A stretch of 32,000 bases of DNA from Candidatus Peribacter riflensis. GTDB lineage: Bacteria; Patescibacteriota; Gracilibacteria; Peribacterales; Peribacteraceae. Below, piece by piece: positions 31,341 through 32,000 of this stretch (positions within the stretch are counted from its first letter, which is position 1; each line of letters starts with the position of its first letter). The DNA lies in assembly GCA_001430755.1 (NCBI GenBank), contig CP013062.1, positions 750,001 through 782,000 on the forward strand. The letters run 5' to 3'. The notes below the pieces were generated by a model. That model was not told the origin of the DNA. It ran no database searches and saw nothing but the letters and a program-made list of their open reading frames with translations. A program made the position numbers and the translations under genes.

Positions 31341-31597
31341 TTTCGCTCCCCGGGCTATCGGTCACGCCTATGGGTGACTGAGCCGAATGACATGGGAAGG
31401 CGATGCGATGAGGCGCTCGCGGTTCTCTGCCTTGCTTGGGTGTCTTGTTTATTCTCGCAACCGGACGAGTTCCTCTGGTCTGTTCGCAACAACCGACAAG
31501 CGGAAGGGAACAGGGAGGAGTGGGGGGTAATGTATGTCGCGGATTCACCTCGATTTCCGCGACACAACGTTGCAGAGCAGAGAGGAGGATGAACATA

Positions 31598-31619
31598 GGG
31601 TGAGGGATAGGGCGTAGGG
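31598..31619 (+). repeat. Canonical G-quadruplex-type motif
   Basis: The sequence is GGG-tga-GGG-ata-GGG-cgta-GGG. It contains the exact reverse complement of 16277..16289. Confidence 0.5.
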
Positions 31620-31670
31620 CGAAAAAAGGTTCAAGGTTCCCGTGGGTCCCCGCATGGAGGACTCTCGGGT

Positions 31671-31712
31671 GGAGGATTTACCCTGAGCGAAGTCGAAGGG
31701 TGTGCATCCTCC
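31671..31712 (+). repeat. Second hairpin of the CCTGAGCG...CGAAGG type
   Basis: The outer stem is ggaggat/atcctcc, and the inner part is ccctgagcgaagtcgaaggg. Confidence 0.5.
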
Positions 31713-31838
31713 TCTCTACGGAACCGGTGATGTGAAGGAGCTTTTTTGTGTCTGCCCCGGGGCAGGTAGCGTGTGTGTCTCTGTGTTTCTTTTGAAGGGA
31801 CGAGCCCAGCACCTTTGCCATGCAAGGGTGCGGGGCAT

Positions 31839-31857
31839 GATTTGTTCGAAACAAATC
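31839..31857. promoter_or_regulatory. 19-bp palindrome (possible operator or small hairpin)
   Basis: The sequence gatttgtt-cga-aacaaatc has perfect 8-bp arms. It lies in a low-GC non-coding stretch about 130 bp before a possible gene start at the window edge. Confidence 0.3.
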
Positions 31858-32000
31858 TGGTCATCTTATGACTTATCAAAGTGGTCTTCAAGAAAGTGCA
31901 CTGGCGCGAGGTGGAGTATTGTTTTATGAATACATTTTTTGATCATATACGATGTTGAATCGCCAATTGTGCGGTGGTGCCTCTACAATGGCCACGCCCT

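Noticed and set aside
30586-31596. 336-aa minus-strand ORF and the 162-aa + ORF at 31104..31592
   Set aside because: They cross two terminators and the structured repeat, are partly antisense to the zinc-ribbon gene and have implausible composition.
1-32000. Search for CRISPR arrays, rRNA genes, IS elements, integrases, toxin-antitoxin pairs and known defence systems
   Set aside because: I found no spaced direct repeats, no rRNA signatures, no transposase- or recombinase-like ORFs and no recognisable defence gene pairs. The only dispersed repeats are the short structured intergenic elements reported above.

Overview
The window is a gene-dense, GC-rich bacterial chromosomal segment of about 25 protein genes and 2 tRNAs, with no rRNA, CRISPR array, transposase or integrase. 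Housekeeping genes I recognise are gyrA, rpmE, hrcA, rsmI, ruvA, pgi and trxA. Others I can assign to a family are an MscS-family channel, an M23 peptidase, a GT2 glycosyltransferase and a PfkB kinase. These are mixed with envelope and surface proteins: a Cys-rich repeat protein, a lipoprotein, a Big/FN3 protein with a C-terminal TM anchor, and a Trx-like/CcdA-like fusion. There are also two tandem archaeal-type PurP (ATP-grasp FAICAR synthetase) paralogs, an orphan TrwB/TraD/VirD4-like ATPase and a 558-aa Cys-rich zinc-ribbon protein. This gene content suggests a small-genome, possibly CPR/Patescibacteria-like lineage, but that is inference only. Many long ORFs in the supplied track are antisense shadows of real genes, which is expected in GC-rich DNA. 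Three real features are missing from the track: a partial Cys-rich repeat gene at the left edge, tRNA-Ala and tRNA-Cys. Six observations deserve follow-up. (1) A structured intergenic repeat family occurs in three same-orientation copies, with compensatory base-pair changes and hairpin insertions at fixed sites. (2) At least 14 genes share a promoter architecture, often TGCTAYAMT, that ends 6-10 nt before the start codon and so predicts leaderless mRNAs. (3) A near-perfect CIRCE operator overlaps the promoter of a short hrcA that is tightly coupled to the T4CP-like ATPase rather than to chaperone genes. (4) A roughly 570-nt C-rich region is bounded by a promoter and a terminator and has no credible ORF. 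(5) Exact-period octamer arrays and G-quadruplex-type motifs are confined to intergenic DNA. (6) The tRNA-Cys has an atypical T-loop and D-loop. I could not name a known multi-gene system such as defence, secretion or a mobile element, and everything functional here is hypothesis.
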